A stretch of 64,000 nucleotides of DNA from an uncultured delta proteobacterium (GTDB taxonomy: Bacteria; Desulfobacterota; BSN033; UBA1163), in NCBI GenBank assembly GCA_963827685.1, contig CAWHBU010000002.1, positions 704,001 through 768,000 on the forward strand. Reading direction: 5' to 3'. The notes under the pieces were generated by a model. That model was not told the origin of the DNA, ran no database searches, and saw only the letters and a program-made list of their open reading frames with translations. The number at the start of each line of letters is the position of its first letter. Positions within the stretch are counted from its first letter, which is position 1. This document shows, piece by piece, positions 48,257 to 57,230 of the stretch. Made by a program: the position numbers and the translations under genes.

Positions 48257-48883
48257 TTACCTCGATTGCTTATCCATTAACATGACCTTTCTGCTGACTT
48301 CTTTCACAACGAGTTTGCTAATTTCTCTCAGGGTTTCGAAGACTCCAGTTCCTTTCAAAGCGCTAGCCGGGCAGGACGGTACTTTCAGCATCGAATTGAG
48401 ATCCTTCTCCAAAATATCCATGGGAAGAATCTCAGAATCTGTTCCATCTAAATCGCGTTTATTATATTGAATCACCAGTGGGACGCTTCTGATGCTAATC
48501 CCTTTCTCTGCTAAATTCTTGGCTAAATTAATGAGACTTTCAATATTCTTTTTCCGCTGCACTTTTAATGAATCGGCAACAAAGACGACTCCGTCCACCC
48601 CTTTTAGAACTAATTTCCTTGTTGCGTCATAATGGACCTGTCCAGGAACCGTATAGAGTTGAACCCGTATATCAAAGCCTCTGATTTTCCCTAAACTCAA
48701 CGACAAGAAATCGAAGAAGAGTGTCCGATCCCCTTTTGTATCGATCGAAACCATTTTACCTTTGATATCTTCCATGGTCCGCCCATAAATATATTGCAGA
48801 TTAGTGGTCTTTCCACAAAACCCTGCACCATAATAGACAATTTTGCATTGAATCTCATCTTTACTAAAATTAATGAAAGGCAT
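48257..48883 (-). CDS. mglA: MglA-family small Ras-like GTPase
   Basis: KIVYYG.G.CGKTTNL, RTLFFDF, LYTVPGQ, QYNKRD. Confidence 0.92.
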   Translation of the reverse strand: MPFINFSKDEIQCKIVYYGAGFCGKTTNLQYIYGRTMEDIKGKMVSIDTKGDRTLFFDFLSLSLGKIRGFDIRVQLYTVPGQVHYDATRKLVLKGVDGVVFVADSLKVQRKKNIESLINLAKNLAEKGISIRSVPLVIQYNKRDLDGTDSEILPMDILEKDLNSMLKVPSCPASALKGTGVFETLREISKLVVKEVSRKVMLMDKQSR

Positions 48884-48901
48884 TAAAGTCTTTTCCTCTC
48901 T

Positions 48902-49338
48902 TTAAGAAGATCGAAATGAATCGCTGGGTTTCAACCTTCCTTTTTCAAAGATGGACGAAAGAATTTTTGAGAGTTCGTCGATAATCTTATTAATTTGTAG
49001 CCGAATCAAGCCAAGAGAGGTCTTATCATCAAAGAGGGTGACCATGATGACATGCTCACCAATGGCAGAAAAATAGACATTTTCACATCTTCCCTTATGG
49101 AATAGAAGGGTGAATTCTTCTTCTCCCAACATTCGAGCAATTTCCGCAGTGGCTCCAAAGTTGGCTGCTGTCAAAGCAGAAAGGGATATAATGTCGATCT
49201 CGGTGTATTCCCTTCATGCGCAATCAGCTGACCCGATCGATCGATGAGCAGAACAGAATGTGCCATCGATGAGGATACCATTTTATTTAAACAATCGTTT
49301 ATTTTTATTATATCCTTTTCTGTAATGACGATATTCAT
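48902..49338 (-). pseudogene. mglB: MglB roadblock/LC7 protein with a 1-bp frameshift near 49200
   Basis: ATG 49338 gives MNIVITEKD...VLLIDRSGQLIAHEGNTP; the continuation IDIISLSALTAANFGAT...SLGLIRL is in another frame. Confidence 0.85.
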
Positions 49339-49384
49339 AGGGATTAACTTTCCCTGAGCCCACGCACTCGGTATGACCGCTTAC

Positions 49385-50074
49385 TTAGGATTTATCATCG
49401 TTTCGTCGCATGGCCTCGACAAGCAGATGCTCCCAATTCTGATAGATCGTCTGAACGGGAGGAGTGGCACCAACATTTGAAAGAAATTCTCCCTCCTGCC
49501 AACTTAAAATCTTGTAAAAGGCATCTGTTCCTTTTTGTTCCCCGCATTCGGCGTGGATAATCTCCCCTTCATTCAAATAGATAACTCCCTTTTCTCCGTT
49601 TCGGGTGATAATCAGCGCGGTGGTTAACCGACTCAGGCAATTGATTTGAATGATGTCTGTGAGTTGAAGACCAAAAACTTTCCCCCGAAATCCTTTCTTC
49701 TTGCCGATCAGATCAATAATAATTTTTCTTAGATCGGAGATCTCAAAAGGCTTTTCCACATAATAGAGGGATCCCCTTTGATTGGCTTCTTTCTGAACAT
49801 CGGCGGACCCATAGGCGGTCATAATAATGACTTTCGTTTGAGGGTATTCCTTTTTAATCCTCACGAGAAGGTCTAATCCATTAATATCCGGCATTCTTAT
49901 GTCGGAGATCACTAAATCAATCCTATTCTTCTCAAGGAAATTTAGAGCCTCTCTTCCATTATTCGCAATGATCACCTCATAATTATCCTTGTCTTTGGAA
50001 AGACTTCTTGCCATGCTCCATGTTAAAGTCTCTTCATCATCCACAATTAAAACCTTCTTTAAGCTCTCCGCCAT
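49385..50074 (-). CDS. Response regulator with C-terminal DUF4388 (PATAN-like) domain
   Basis: REC followed by GFRG....QLTDIIQ...G.IY...GEIIHA....G..AF..IL.W..G.F. Confidence 0.85.
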   Translation of the reverse strand: MAESLKKVLIVDDEETLTWSMARSLSKDKDNYEVIIANNGREALNFLEKNRIDLVISDIRMPDINGLDLLVRIKKEYPQTKVIIMTAYGSADVQKEANQRGSLYYVEKPFEISDLRKIIIDLIGKKKGFRGKVFGLQLTDIIQINCLSRLTTALIITRNGEKGVIYLNEGEIIHAECGEQKGTDAFYKILSWQEGEFLSNVGATPPVQTIYQNWEHLLVEAMRRNDDKS

Positions 50075-50135
50075 TTTCTTAAAATCTTCTTATTAAACCA
50101 TTGGCTATAATTTATCAGGATTCTTGAGTAAGATA

Positions 50136-50151
50136 AGCAAAATGAGTACCA
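50136..50151 (-). promoter_or_regulatory. Sigma-54 promoter for the RR-mglB-mglA operon
   Basis: TGGTACTCATTTTGCT, GG-N10-GC spacing, AT-rich upstream region. Confidence 0.65.
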
Positions 50152-50544
50152 AATTATGTTAAATAAAATATTAATAAAATAAATAATAATTTCAAATAGT
50201 TATTATAATTTTTCAAATTGGCGTCATTATAACAAAAATTACCAGGATGGTCAATATTTAACCATTGGTAAAATTAATTCTATCAATTCTATCCTTGACC
50301 GATTAGAAGAGAAAAGGGCGATCAATTCAGGAGGAAAGACGAGTTGGATTTGAACATAAATCTTAAAGACCTTTTGAAAGTAATATTCCGCGCAAACAGG
50401 TTTCTCGTCACAATCAATTAACAGGTGGGAAAAACAGGAAATTTTCTTTTTTCCAGTCGATAGAATTTCTCTCCATTTTTTTAAAAGCTTGACTTTTTTA
50501 AGCTAATTGGCTAATTTTTAATTAAAATTTTTTAGAGGGAAGAT

Positions 50545-51459
50545 TTGAGTATTGATAAAGAAAGCATATTAGACATCGCACAAAAGTACATCCTAAAAGG
50601 GCAACCCCAAAAGGCGATCAAGGAGTATTTAAAATTAGTTGAGGCCGAACCTCAAGATAAGCGATTGCACCTAAAATTGGGGGATCTCTACTTAAAGAAT
50701 GGAGAGGAAGATAAAGCAATACAAGCATTTCTGAAGGTGGCCGACCTTTATGGACAAGAGGATTTGAATTTTCGAGCCATCTCTATCTATAAGAAGATTC
50801 TTTCGATCAATCCAAAATTCATTGAAGCGTTTCATAAGATTGCGAAATTATATTTGAAGGAAGGACTGGCAGGGAACGCAAAGAATTACTACCAGGGTAT
50901 TCTGGAGATTAATCCGAATGACCCCGAGGCAATAAGGGCTCTTAAGAACATTGAGAGTCCTCAACAGCCTAAGGAAAGAGCCATCATCCCACCGGTACCA
51001 GCAGATTCCCTACTCTCCAGGCATCCTTCTCCTTCTGCCAGGGATGCTTCGATGTTATCCTCTGAACCTGGAATCTCCACCCTCGATAAGGATTCAGAGA
51101 TGCATTATCACTTGGGTGTTGCTTATAAAGAGATGGAACTCTTCGATTACGCCATCACCGAATTTGAATTGGCCTCGTCAGCCCCCTCTATGAAATTTGA
51201 TTGTTATATTATGCTGGGAAATTGCTATATGGAGAAGGGTGATTATTATAAGTCGATTGAGTGCTATAGAATGTCCTCTAAGATACAAGGATTATCTAAG
51301 GAAAAATTGGCTTGGCTCCACTTCAATCTGGGTCTGGCCTATGAAGCAAGCGGAAAGGTTACAGAGGCGCTCGATACCTTCAATCTTGTTCTAAAATTGG
51401 ATCATTCCTTCGCTGGAGCGAGGGAAAAGATCAAAAAGCTTCAATCCCCCCAAAGATAG
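50545..51459 (+). CDS. Tetratricopeptide-repeat protein
   Basis: N- and C-terminal TPR clusters (HYHLGVAYKEMEL, FNLGLAYE). Confidence 0.85.
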   Translation: MSIDKESILDIAQKYILKGQPQKAIKEYLKLVEAEPQDKRLHLKLGDLYLKNGEEDKAIQAFLKVADLYGQEDLNFRAISIYKKILSINPKFIEAFHKIAKLYLKEGLAGNAKNYYQGILEINPNDPEAIRALKNIESPQQPKERAIIPPVPADSLLSRHPSPSARDASMLSSEPGISTLDKDSEMHYHLGVAYKEMELFDYAITEFELASSAPSMKFDCYIMLGNCYMEKGDYYKSIECYRMSSKIQGLSKEKLAWLHFNLGLAYEASGKVTEALDTFNLVLKLDHSFAGAREKIKKLQSPQR

Positions 51460-51758
51460 AGGACAGGATCCACCCACACCTCGATCAGTGCAAATCGTTT
51501 CTTATTCAACTCTAATTCGTCTCTCATAGCCCTGGCAAAGGATCCCTGCCCTGTAGGTGTGGGATTACTTGCCAAGGGTGGGATGAACCTAAAGAAGTAT
51601 ATTTTGATGGCGTAAAGGAAATGAGAAAGATGGAGCAAGGAAAATAATGGTTCCCCCTCAAAGAAGTTATCTCAGCCTGAATATGAAGTGTTCGGGAAGA
51701 ATAATGGAACCGTTCCAAAATGGTGAGCCAGAGGACTAAATTCCCTTTGACAAGACAA

Positions 51759-52952
51759 TCAAAATATTTCTCTCCATCGGGTTACTTTTAAAGGAGGGAT
51801 AATATCTCTTAATTTATTTGATACGGCACTGCAAGATATAATCCCTGCATTTCCATCAATGTCTACCTCCATCGTGGTGTTTTCTCCTGATATGATACCT
51901 CCTGTCACATTCTTTTCTCCACTCCCCGTAAAGCTTACCGCTCCGGTGGCCAAAATAACCCCATACCACGTAAACCCTCCATTAATCTCAAGATTCCCTT
52001 CGACAAGGAGAATGCCTGCTCCGTGGGAATCTCCAGCCAACTTTAATGTTTTGTCCCCATTCATATTGAAATAAACAATATTCATCGGTCCTGCGTATGT
52101 TATGGGGACAGTCGTACCACTACTGGTTGGTGTTCCCCAGCCATCAGAATACCCAGTTAATGTCTGATCTCCACTATAACTGTACTTGAAATTGGCATCG
52201 CCTTTTATATAATTTAGCATCTCCTTAATGGGCAGGTTAGTAGGGGGTGGATTACTTGTTAGGGTAACTTTAGGGGGTAAACCGTTTATGGAAGGACCAC
52301 CCGATTCCGTAATGGGTGAGGCGGTGGTGGTAATAATGCCAGGTTTATTATTCACTGACCCACAACCATCATTTCCATTTATATAAATTGAACTTCCATG
52401 AATATGAACAGGCACCTCGGAATAAAGAGCAGCAGGGGGATCATAATTAGGGCTTTTCTTTAGCTCAACTTCTAATACTTTACTTCCCCCATCTGCTGTA
52501 AACCCATAGCTCTTCAGTAAATATATTGGGGCCCCACCATATTTAACCACTTGATTCGCAGCATCTATTTTATGTTTTATTTCCACTCCAAAATCTAATT
52601 GATTTTGTAGACTCGGGATCGAATTTGGATCACTGGAGACATAACCTAATTGCGCTGCCCCCTTCCCTGGATATTTGGCAAGGAGAACTTTCCAGTTAGG
52701 GTTTGATGGGCCACTGTCAGGTATATGATCTGTTGCACTGTCCCTAAATCTGCCCATAAATTCGTTTATCCCCGCCTCCGCAACATAAAAGGCTTGTACA
52801 GATGCCCTTTCGTTGCCAGAAATGAGCACGTCATATGTGCTATCATTGAGAGCACTAATCCCAATAAGCGTTAGGATTAAGAGCAATAGCATCCCTAATA
52901 CTAAGGCAATCCCCTTTTCTTCTCTTAATCCTTTTACTTTCAATTTCCACAT
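51759..52952 (-). CDS. pilX: PilX-like minor pilin, long form
   Basis: EKGIALV..L.LL.LTLIG, AFYVAEAGI; start refined to ATG 52952. Confidence 0.75.
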   Translation of the reverse strand: MWKLKVKGLREEKGIALVLGMLLLLILTLIGISALNDSTYDVLISGNERASVQAFYVAEAGINEFMGRFRDSATDHIPDSGPSNPNWKVLLAKYPGKGAAQLGYVSSDPNSIPSLQNQLDFGVEIKHKIDAANQVVKYGGAPIYLLKSYGFTADGGSKVLEVELKKSPNYDPPAALYSEVPVHIHGSSIYINGNDGCGSVNNKPGIITTTASPITESGGPSINGLPPKVTLTSNPPPTNLPIKEMLNYIKGDANFKYSYSGDQTLTGYSDGWGTPTSSGTTVPITYAGPMNIVYFNMNGDKTLKLAGDSHGAGILLVEGNLEINGGFTWYGVILATGAVSFTGSGEKNVTGGIISGENTTMEVDIDGNAGIISCSAVSNKLRDIIPPLKVTRWREIF

Positions 52953-52968
52953 CCCACGTATGAAATGG

Positions 52969-53766
52969 TTACAATCCCATGTTCCGCACTTTAATATTAG
53001 AGGATAATATCCTTCTTCGATATCCATTTCCTCCCTTGTAGTCAGGGTCTGGCATATTTGTTTTTACCGTGACTTTCACTCCAATCATTCGGATATCTGG
53101 TGGGTTCGCAGTGATATTTCCATCTGAATCAAAATAGGTGAATTGAAGACTTTCCATATTCTCGGCCAAAGGTTGGGCACCACCACCGGTATTCTCGTTC
53201 CTTCGGAGCGCGATTTTGCCACCACTGAGACCAAGGCTATAAGTGATCGCTTTGACTAAATAGACAGGCTCGTTGATGACATGGTCCTCTGATAAGGAAG
53301 TGGTCAAGGTAATTGTGTCTGTTATAACACCTTGGATTGAATAATTATTCAGACCATTAAGGCACAAGTATTTCTTTTTATCTGTGTTAAATATACTTGC
53401 ATTCGTCACTCTCAACTGATTAACGCCCTTTGTTATGGTTTGTTTTAATACGCCAACCTGATCCGCCAAGACGATGGTGATCGAGTTGTCCGCTGGCGTG
53501 ATGATGTCCGTAAATCCATTAATATTACCAAAAATAGCCAAAAAATTGCCTCCATACCCTGCCATCCTAATCTCTCTGGTCATTTGACCAATCGCGATCC
53601 TTACATTTTGCTGCATATCTACCACTTGATTCTGAACAGAATAGATTTTTTGTTGGCTTATAAATATTCGGTACAAAGCGGCAATCAGGATACTACTCAA
53701 TACCAAAGCAATGAGTAATTCTATGAGCGTTAACCCATTTTTCTTTCTGAAAGCACTCCAGCTCAT
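52969..53766 (-). CDS. pilW: PilW-like minor pilin
   Basis: G|LTLIEL prepilin site, EIRMAGY; start refined to ATG 53766. Confidence 0.8.
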   Translation of the reverse strand: MSWSAFRKKNGLTLIELLIALVLSSILIAALYRIFISQQKIYSVQNQVVDMQQNVRIAIGQMTREIRMAGYGGNFLAIFGNINGFTDIITPADNSITIVLADQVGVLKQTITKGVNQLRVTNASIFNTDKKKYLCLNGLNNYSIQGVITDTITLTTSLSEDHVINEPVYLVKAITYSLGLSGGKIALRRNENTGGGAQPLAENMESLQFTYFDSDGNITANPPDIRMIGVKVTVKTNMPDPDYKGGNGYRRRILSSNIKVRNMGL

Positions 53767-54140
53767 TATTTTGACCTGATCGTTGAAAAAGAAATGCTGT
53801 GATTCCCTCGATCTCTCCATTGGACAGTAACGGTAATCGTCTTCATCGAATTTCCTGCATCTTCCACAATAGTATACTGCCTGGAGAAGATCGTACCTGA
53901 TATCGTGCCTTCATTGTGCTGTCCGCCACTTAGATTGGAATCCCTATAGGATAGATTTTTCAAATGCTCCAATTTGTCTTGAGCAAGAATAGTGGCCTGG
54001 GTGACATTGCTGCTAAAATAGCCACCCTTTGTTGAAGTGACTTGCATTGCGGCAATTCCGAGGAGGCCGATGGCCAAGATGATCAAGCCAGCGGCAACTT
54101 CGATTAGGGTAAAACCTTCTTCTTCCAAAAATCTAATCAA
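53766..54140 (-). CDS. pilV: PilV-like minor pilin
   Basis: G|FTLIEV, ILAIGLLG, ATILAQDKLE. Confidence 0.8.
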   Translation of the reverse strand: MIRFLEEEGFTLIEVAAGLIILAIGLLGIAAMQVTSTKGGYFSSNVTQATILAQDKLEHLKNLSYRDSNLSGGQHNEGTISGTIFSRQYTIVEDAGNSMKTITVTVQWRDRGNHSISFSTIRSK

Positions 54141-54585
54141 CTATTCTTACCCTTCCCGTAGCAGGAGTGAGAGTGATGCTTCTCTGGATTTTCTTTTTCT
54201 CATTTTGCAGTGCGACACTTCCACCAGACGATGTAGAATTAGGATTAAATACAGCTTGAGAAGCATCTCCGAAATCAGCATTAATAAATGTAATCCCTGT
54301 AGGTAAATTCTGCGTGGCCCCCTCGTTTACCCAGGCCCCTAAAGTTGTTTGATATTGCAATACGTAATTATTATTTGCGAGACTGAAATCAACACGGTAT
54401 CGTGTGTGGGTTGAAACCGCTCTCATCTGAGCCGTTCTCATGGTGGATACAATCTCTCTCGTTGCACTCCTCAAGCGGTAGTTCGGCAACCATGCACCGA
54501 TGTTAGGAGCCAGTAACACAGCCCCGATGGCAATGATAACGAACACAACAACTAATTCAATGAGTGTGACGCCTTTTTGATCCAT
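54133..54585 (-). CDS. FimT/FimU (GspH-like) minor pilin
   Basis: G|VTLIEL, RTAQMRAV, FNPN, TGRV. Confidence 0.82.
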   Translation of the reverse strand: MDQKGVTLIELVVVFVIIAIGAVLLAPNIGAWLPNYRLRSATREIVSTMRTAQMRAVSTHTRYRVDFSLANNNYVLQYQTTLGAWVNEGATQNLPTGITFINADFGDASQAVFNPNSTSSGGSVALQNEKKKIQRSITLTPATGRVRIVD

Positions 54586-54619
54586 TTGTTTCTTGAGCCG
54601 GTGATACCCTACTGGAACA

Positions 54620-54647
54620 ATTCTATTGGATTAAACACTTTTGTCAA
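54620..54647 (-). promoter_or_regulatory. Sigma-70-type promoter for the second minor-pilin cluster
   Basis: TTGACA-N16-TAGAAT, 34 bp upstream of ATG 54585. Confidence 0.5.
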
Positions 54648-55079
54648 TAATATTTTTTGACTCTTTCCAGAATTCGCTGGTGGGAATGAGCGAAAAGTGA
54701 GCAAGATTAAAACGGGCAGGAAAGATGCCTTGGCCATCGCTCAATTCCTTTTGGTCCACCATAGCAAAGTTTCCCAGGTCTCTTATTTCCAGAACACTCA
54801 GGATCTCAAGGATGTTGCAAGAGAACGGGAATCTCTGGTAGGAATGATGGCTGGGTGGGAGAAGAACGTGAGGAGGCAGTTGAGGTATCGTTGACTACTA
54901 ATCTTTAACGCAGAATACTCTCGGAAGTCACCAATTACGGATGGAAATACGCACGAAAGGGGCAGAGCGATTTATGACCCTGCCTTTGTTCTGTGGCATT
55001 AAAATGTTATTTGCTCTTGAGACCTCTTTGGGAGCGGGCAAGCCGGGCCATGGAAAACCTGGCTATCACTCAAGCCCCA

Positions 55080-55328
55080 TCACTTCAACACACCAAGTTT
55101 TGTCACTATATTTCCGTCTATAGTGGCCTGAACCATATCTCCGACTTTGACATTGACCTGAGCCGCTTTATTGCTCAGTGAATATTCGGTTCCATTAATA
55201 GTAATCTTGTTCGCGGCTTTATTGAGTGCTTGAATTTTCCCTTCAACCTTGTCTTGGGCAAAGGAGGGTAAACTGATGGCCACCACCACTGCGAAAACCA
55301 AAAAAAATACCGGTAGCTTCTTCGTCAT
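55080..55328 (-). CDS. Small secreted OB-fold-like protein (DUF5666/DUF1344-like)
   Basis: AGGAGG ribosome-binding site, signal peptide ending SFA, VEGKI...VKVGDMV. Confidence 0.65.
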   Translation of the reverse strand: MTKKLPVFFLVFAVVVAISLPSFAQDKVEGKIQALNKAANKITINGTEYSLSNKAAQVNVKVGDMVQATIDGNIVTKLGVLK

Positions 55329-55510
55329 CTTTATCACCTCCTTTCCCTTCATTTGGAGCATCCCTGCGTTTACAAAAAAGGGTACAACTGCATATTGGCG
55401 TCAGTAAAAGAGAATAGGAAGCTTCATTGATCCATAATGACCGAATCCATCGCCAATGGCCCCAAAATATAATTTCAACCAGGAAAGAACCGTTATCTCG
55501 ATAAATGAAT

Positions 55511-55960
55511 CTATTGAATTGTTACCTTTCCTGTTGCCGATCCGATACTGATTTTTCTTTGTGCTCCTTTCGTATTTAGTAAAGTGACATTTCCGCCGGC
55601 GGGAGTAAATGTGGAATCAGGGTTAAATATGGCTGTACCACCCGGCAACCCAGTGATATTAACCGTAATCCCAGAAGGAGCTGTCTGGACGGGGCCATCG
55701 TTAAAAACCAAACCTCCTGTAGTGTATCGAAGAACATAACTGTTTGTACCAACAGTGAAATCAACCAGGTATTGCCTTCCATTATTCGAGATGGCCTTCA
55801 TCTGGGCGCTTCTCATAGTTGAAACAACATCTCTTGTGGCACTCCTTAAACGGTAGTTCGGCAGCCATCCACCGATATTGGGAGCCAACAATAAAGCCCC
55901 AATTGCAATAATGACAAACACCACAACCAATTCAATTAATGTAACCCCTTTTTTATTCAT
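55511..55960 (-). CDS. FimT/FimU (GspH-like) minor pilin
   Basis: G|VTLIEL; N-terminal half nearly identical to 54133-54585. Confidence 0.82.
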   Translation of the reverse strand: MNKKGVTLIELVVVFVIIAIGALLLAPNIGGWLPNYRLRSATRDVVSTMRSAQMKAISNNGRQYLVDFTVGTNSYVLRYTTGGLVFNDGPVQTAPSGITVNITGLPGGTAIFNPDSTFTPAGGNVTLLNTKGAQRKISIGSATGKVTIQ

Positions 55961-55986
55961 CTCTTTACCCCCACCAGTTTCCAATA

Positions 55987-56928
55987 TCATCTAAACTGAA
56001 TGTCTAAGGTATATCTTTGAAAACTCTTGGCCCCATCCCTATCGGAGGCTTCGATCTCTATGGATTGTGGTCCCTGATCCCCTTTCCGGATCTCCCACCG
56101 GAGTAAACCAGTGTCTTTATCGATGTCCATTCCTTTTGGTCCAGTTTTTAGAGCAAAAATAATAGGGTCGCCATCCGGATCCTCTGCTTTCACTTGATAA
56201 GTATAAATATTCCCGTTTAAGTTGGTCGGGGGAGAGGAGACAATGATAGGAGGGCTCTTTGCGATTAGAATTGCTTCTGATTTTTTAGGCTTACCAGATG
56301 CTTCTCCGTCGTTAGGAGTTACGGTCACAGTAATCGAGTCTCCCTTTCTAAATCGATTTGCTTCTAAAATGCCGGCGTCTTCTCCGGATAAAACGATGCC
56401 ATTCTTCTCCCATTTGTAGAGATAAGTAATCGAATCTCCATCCGGATCGGAACTTTTCACGACGGCCTTTAAATGACTATTTGCATAAGCTAACTTTGGT
56501 TCGATATAGACTTCCTCAACAACAGGTGGCATGTTAAGGATCTTTACTGGACCCGACAAAAAGGGCTCCCCGTCCACTTTCCCATCCGATGGAATGACCT
56601 TCACCCGAATGAGATCTCCCTTTTTAAAATTTCCACTTTTCAGACTTTGTCTATTTTCTCCTGAAATCTCATTATCGTTCTTGATCCATTGATAACGATA
56701 GGTCAAGGGATTTCCATCTGGGTTATGGCTCTGGATGAATAGACTTAATTCGCTCTCTTTATTTGGTTGATTGGGTGAAATGGTGATGGAAGTAATCACA
56801 GGGGGCGAATTGGTCTTAGATTGGATCTCCGTCCCCTGCTGTCCATCGCAGGAGATATTTATCCCCGGAAGAAAGAGAAGAAGAAAGATCAATGGCAAAG
56901 GGGAGATATTTATCTTCTTTAATAACAT
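55987..56928 (-). CDS. Ig-like repeat lipoprotein in the pilin operon
   Basis: Repeated N.PP.I...DPDGD.ITY.Y.W.KN modules; INISC lipobox-like; start refined to ATG 56928. Confidence 0.75.
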   Translation of the reverse strand: MLLKKINISPLPLIFLLLFLPGINISCDGQQGTEIQSKTNSPPVITSITISPNQPNKESELSLFIQSHNPDGNPLTYRYQWIKNDNEISGENRQSLKSGNFKKGDLIRVKVIPSDGKVDGEPFLSGPVKILNMPPVVEEVYIEPKLAYANSHLKAVVKSSDPDGDSITYLYKWEKNGIVLSGEDAGILEANRFRKGDSITVTVTPNDGEASGKPKKSEAILIAKSPPIIVSSPPTNLNGNIYTYQVKAEDPDGDPIIFALKTGPKGMDIDKDTGLLRWEIRKGDQGPQSIEIEASDRDGAKSFQRYTLDIQFR

Positions 56929-56959
56929 ATCAAAGCAATTTTTCTTGACGGGTTCGTCA

Positions 56960-57170
56960 CCCACGCCTGCGTGCCGAAACACGGCACTTCGGTGTGCAGG
57001 CACGAATCCCGCCAGTGGCGGGAAAAATCCCCAAGTATTATCCTCCCCCTTGATGGGGGAGGATTGGATTAAGGTGGGGGTGATCATGGTATATTCTCCC
57101 TCACCCCCACCCTCTCCCCTGCCTTCGCCGAAGCGGCTTCGCGCAGGCAGGCACCAGTGGAGAGGGGGCA
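56960..57170. repeat. Cluster of nested REP-like palindromes
   Basis: GCCTGCGTGCCGAA..TTCGGTGTGCAGGC; ATCCTCCCCC..GGGGGAGGAT; CCTGCCT..AGGCAGG (57118-57151) inside CCCTCTCC..GGAGAGGG. Confidence 0.75.
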
Positions 57171-57230
57171 ATCCGTTTATTTTCCGAGCCGATAGCAATC
57201 AATAAGCAATATGGAATTGACCCGATTATT

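Noticed and set aside
51460-51758. Possible ncRNA between convergent genes
   Set aside because: A weak hairpin only, with no family features
54650-55070. Possible riboswitch (e.g. c-di-GMP) or small ORFs between the pilin clusters
   Set aside because: Only weak hairpins; no recognisable aptamer consensus; the ORFs lack motifs
56929-57198. N-terminal 90 aa of ORF 55987-57198
   Set aside because: Read-through of palindromic repeats; the signal-peptide-bearing start is at 56928
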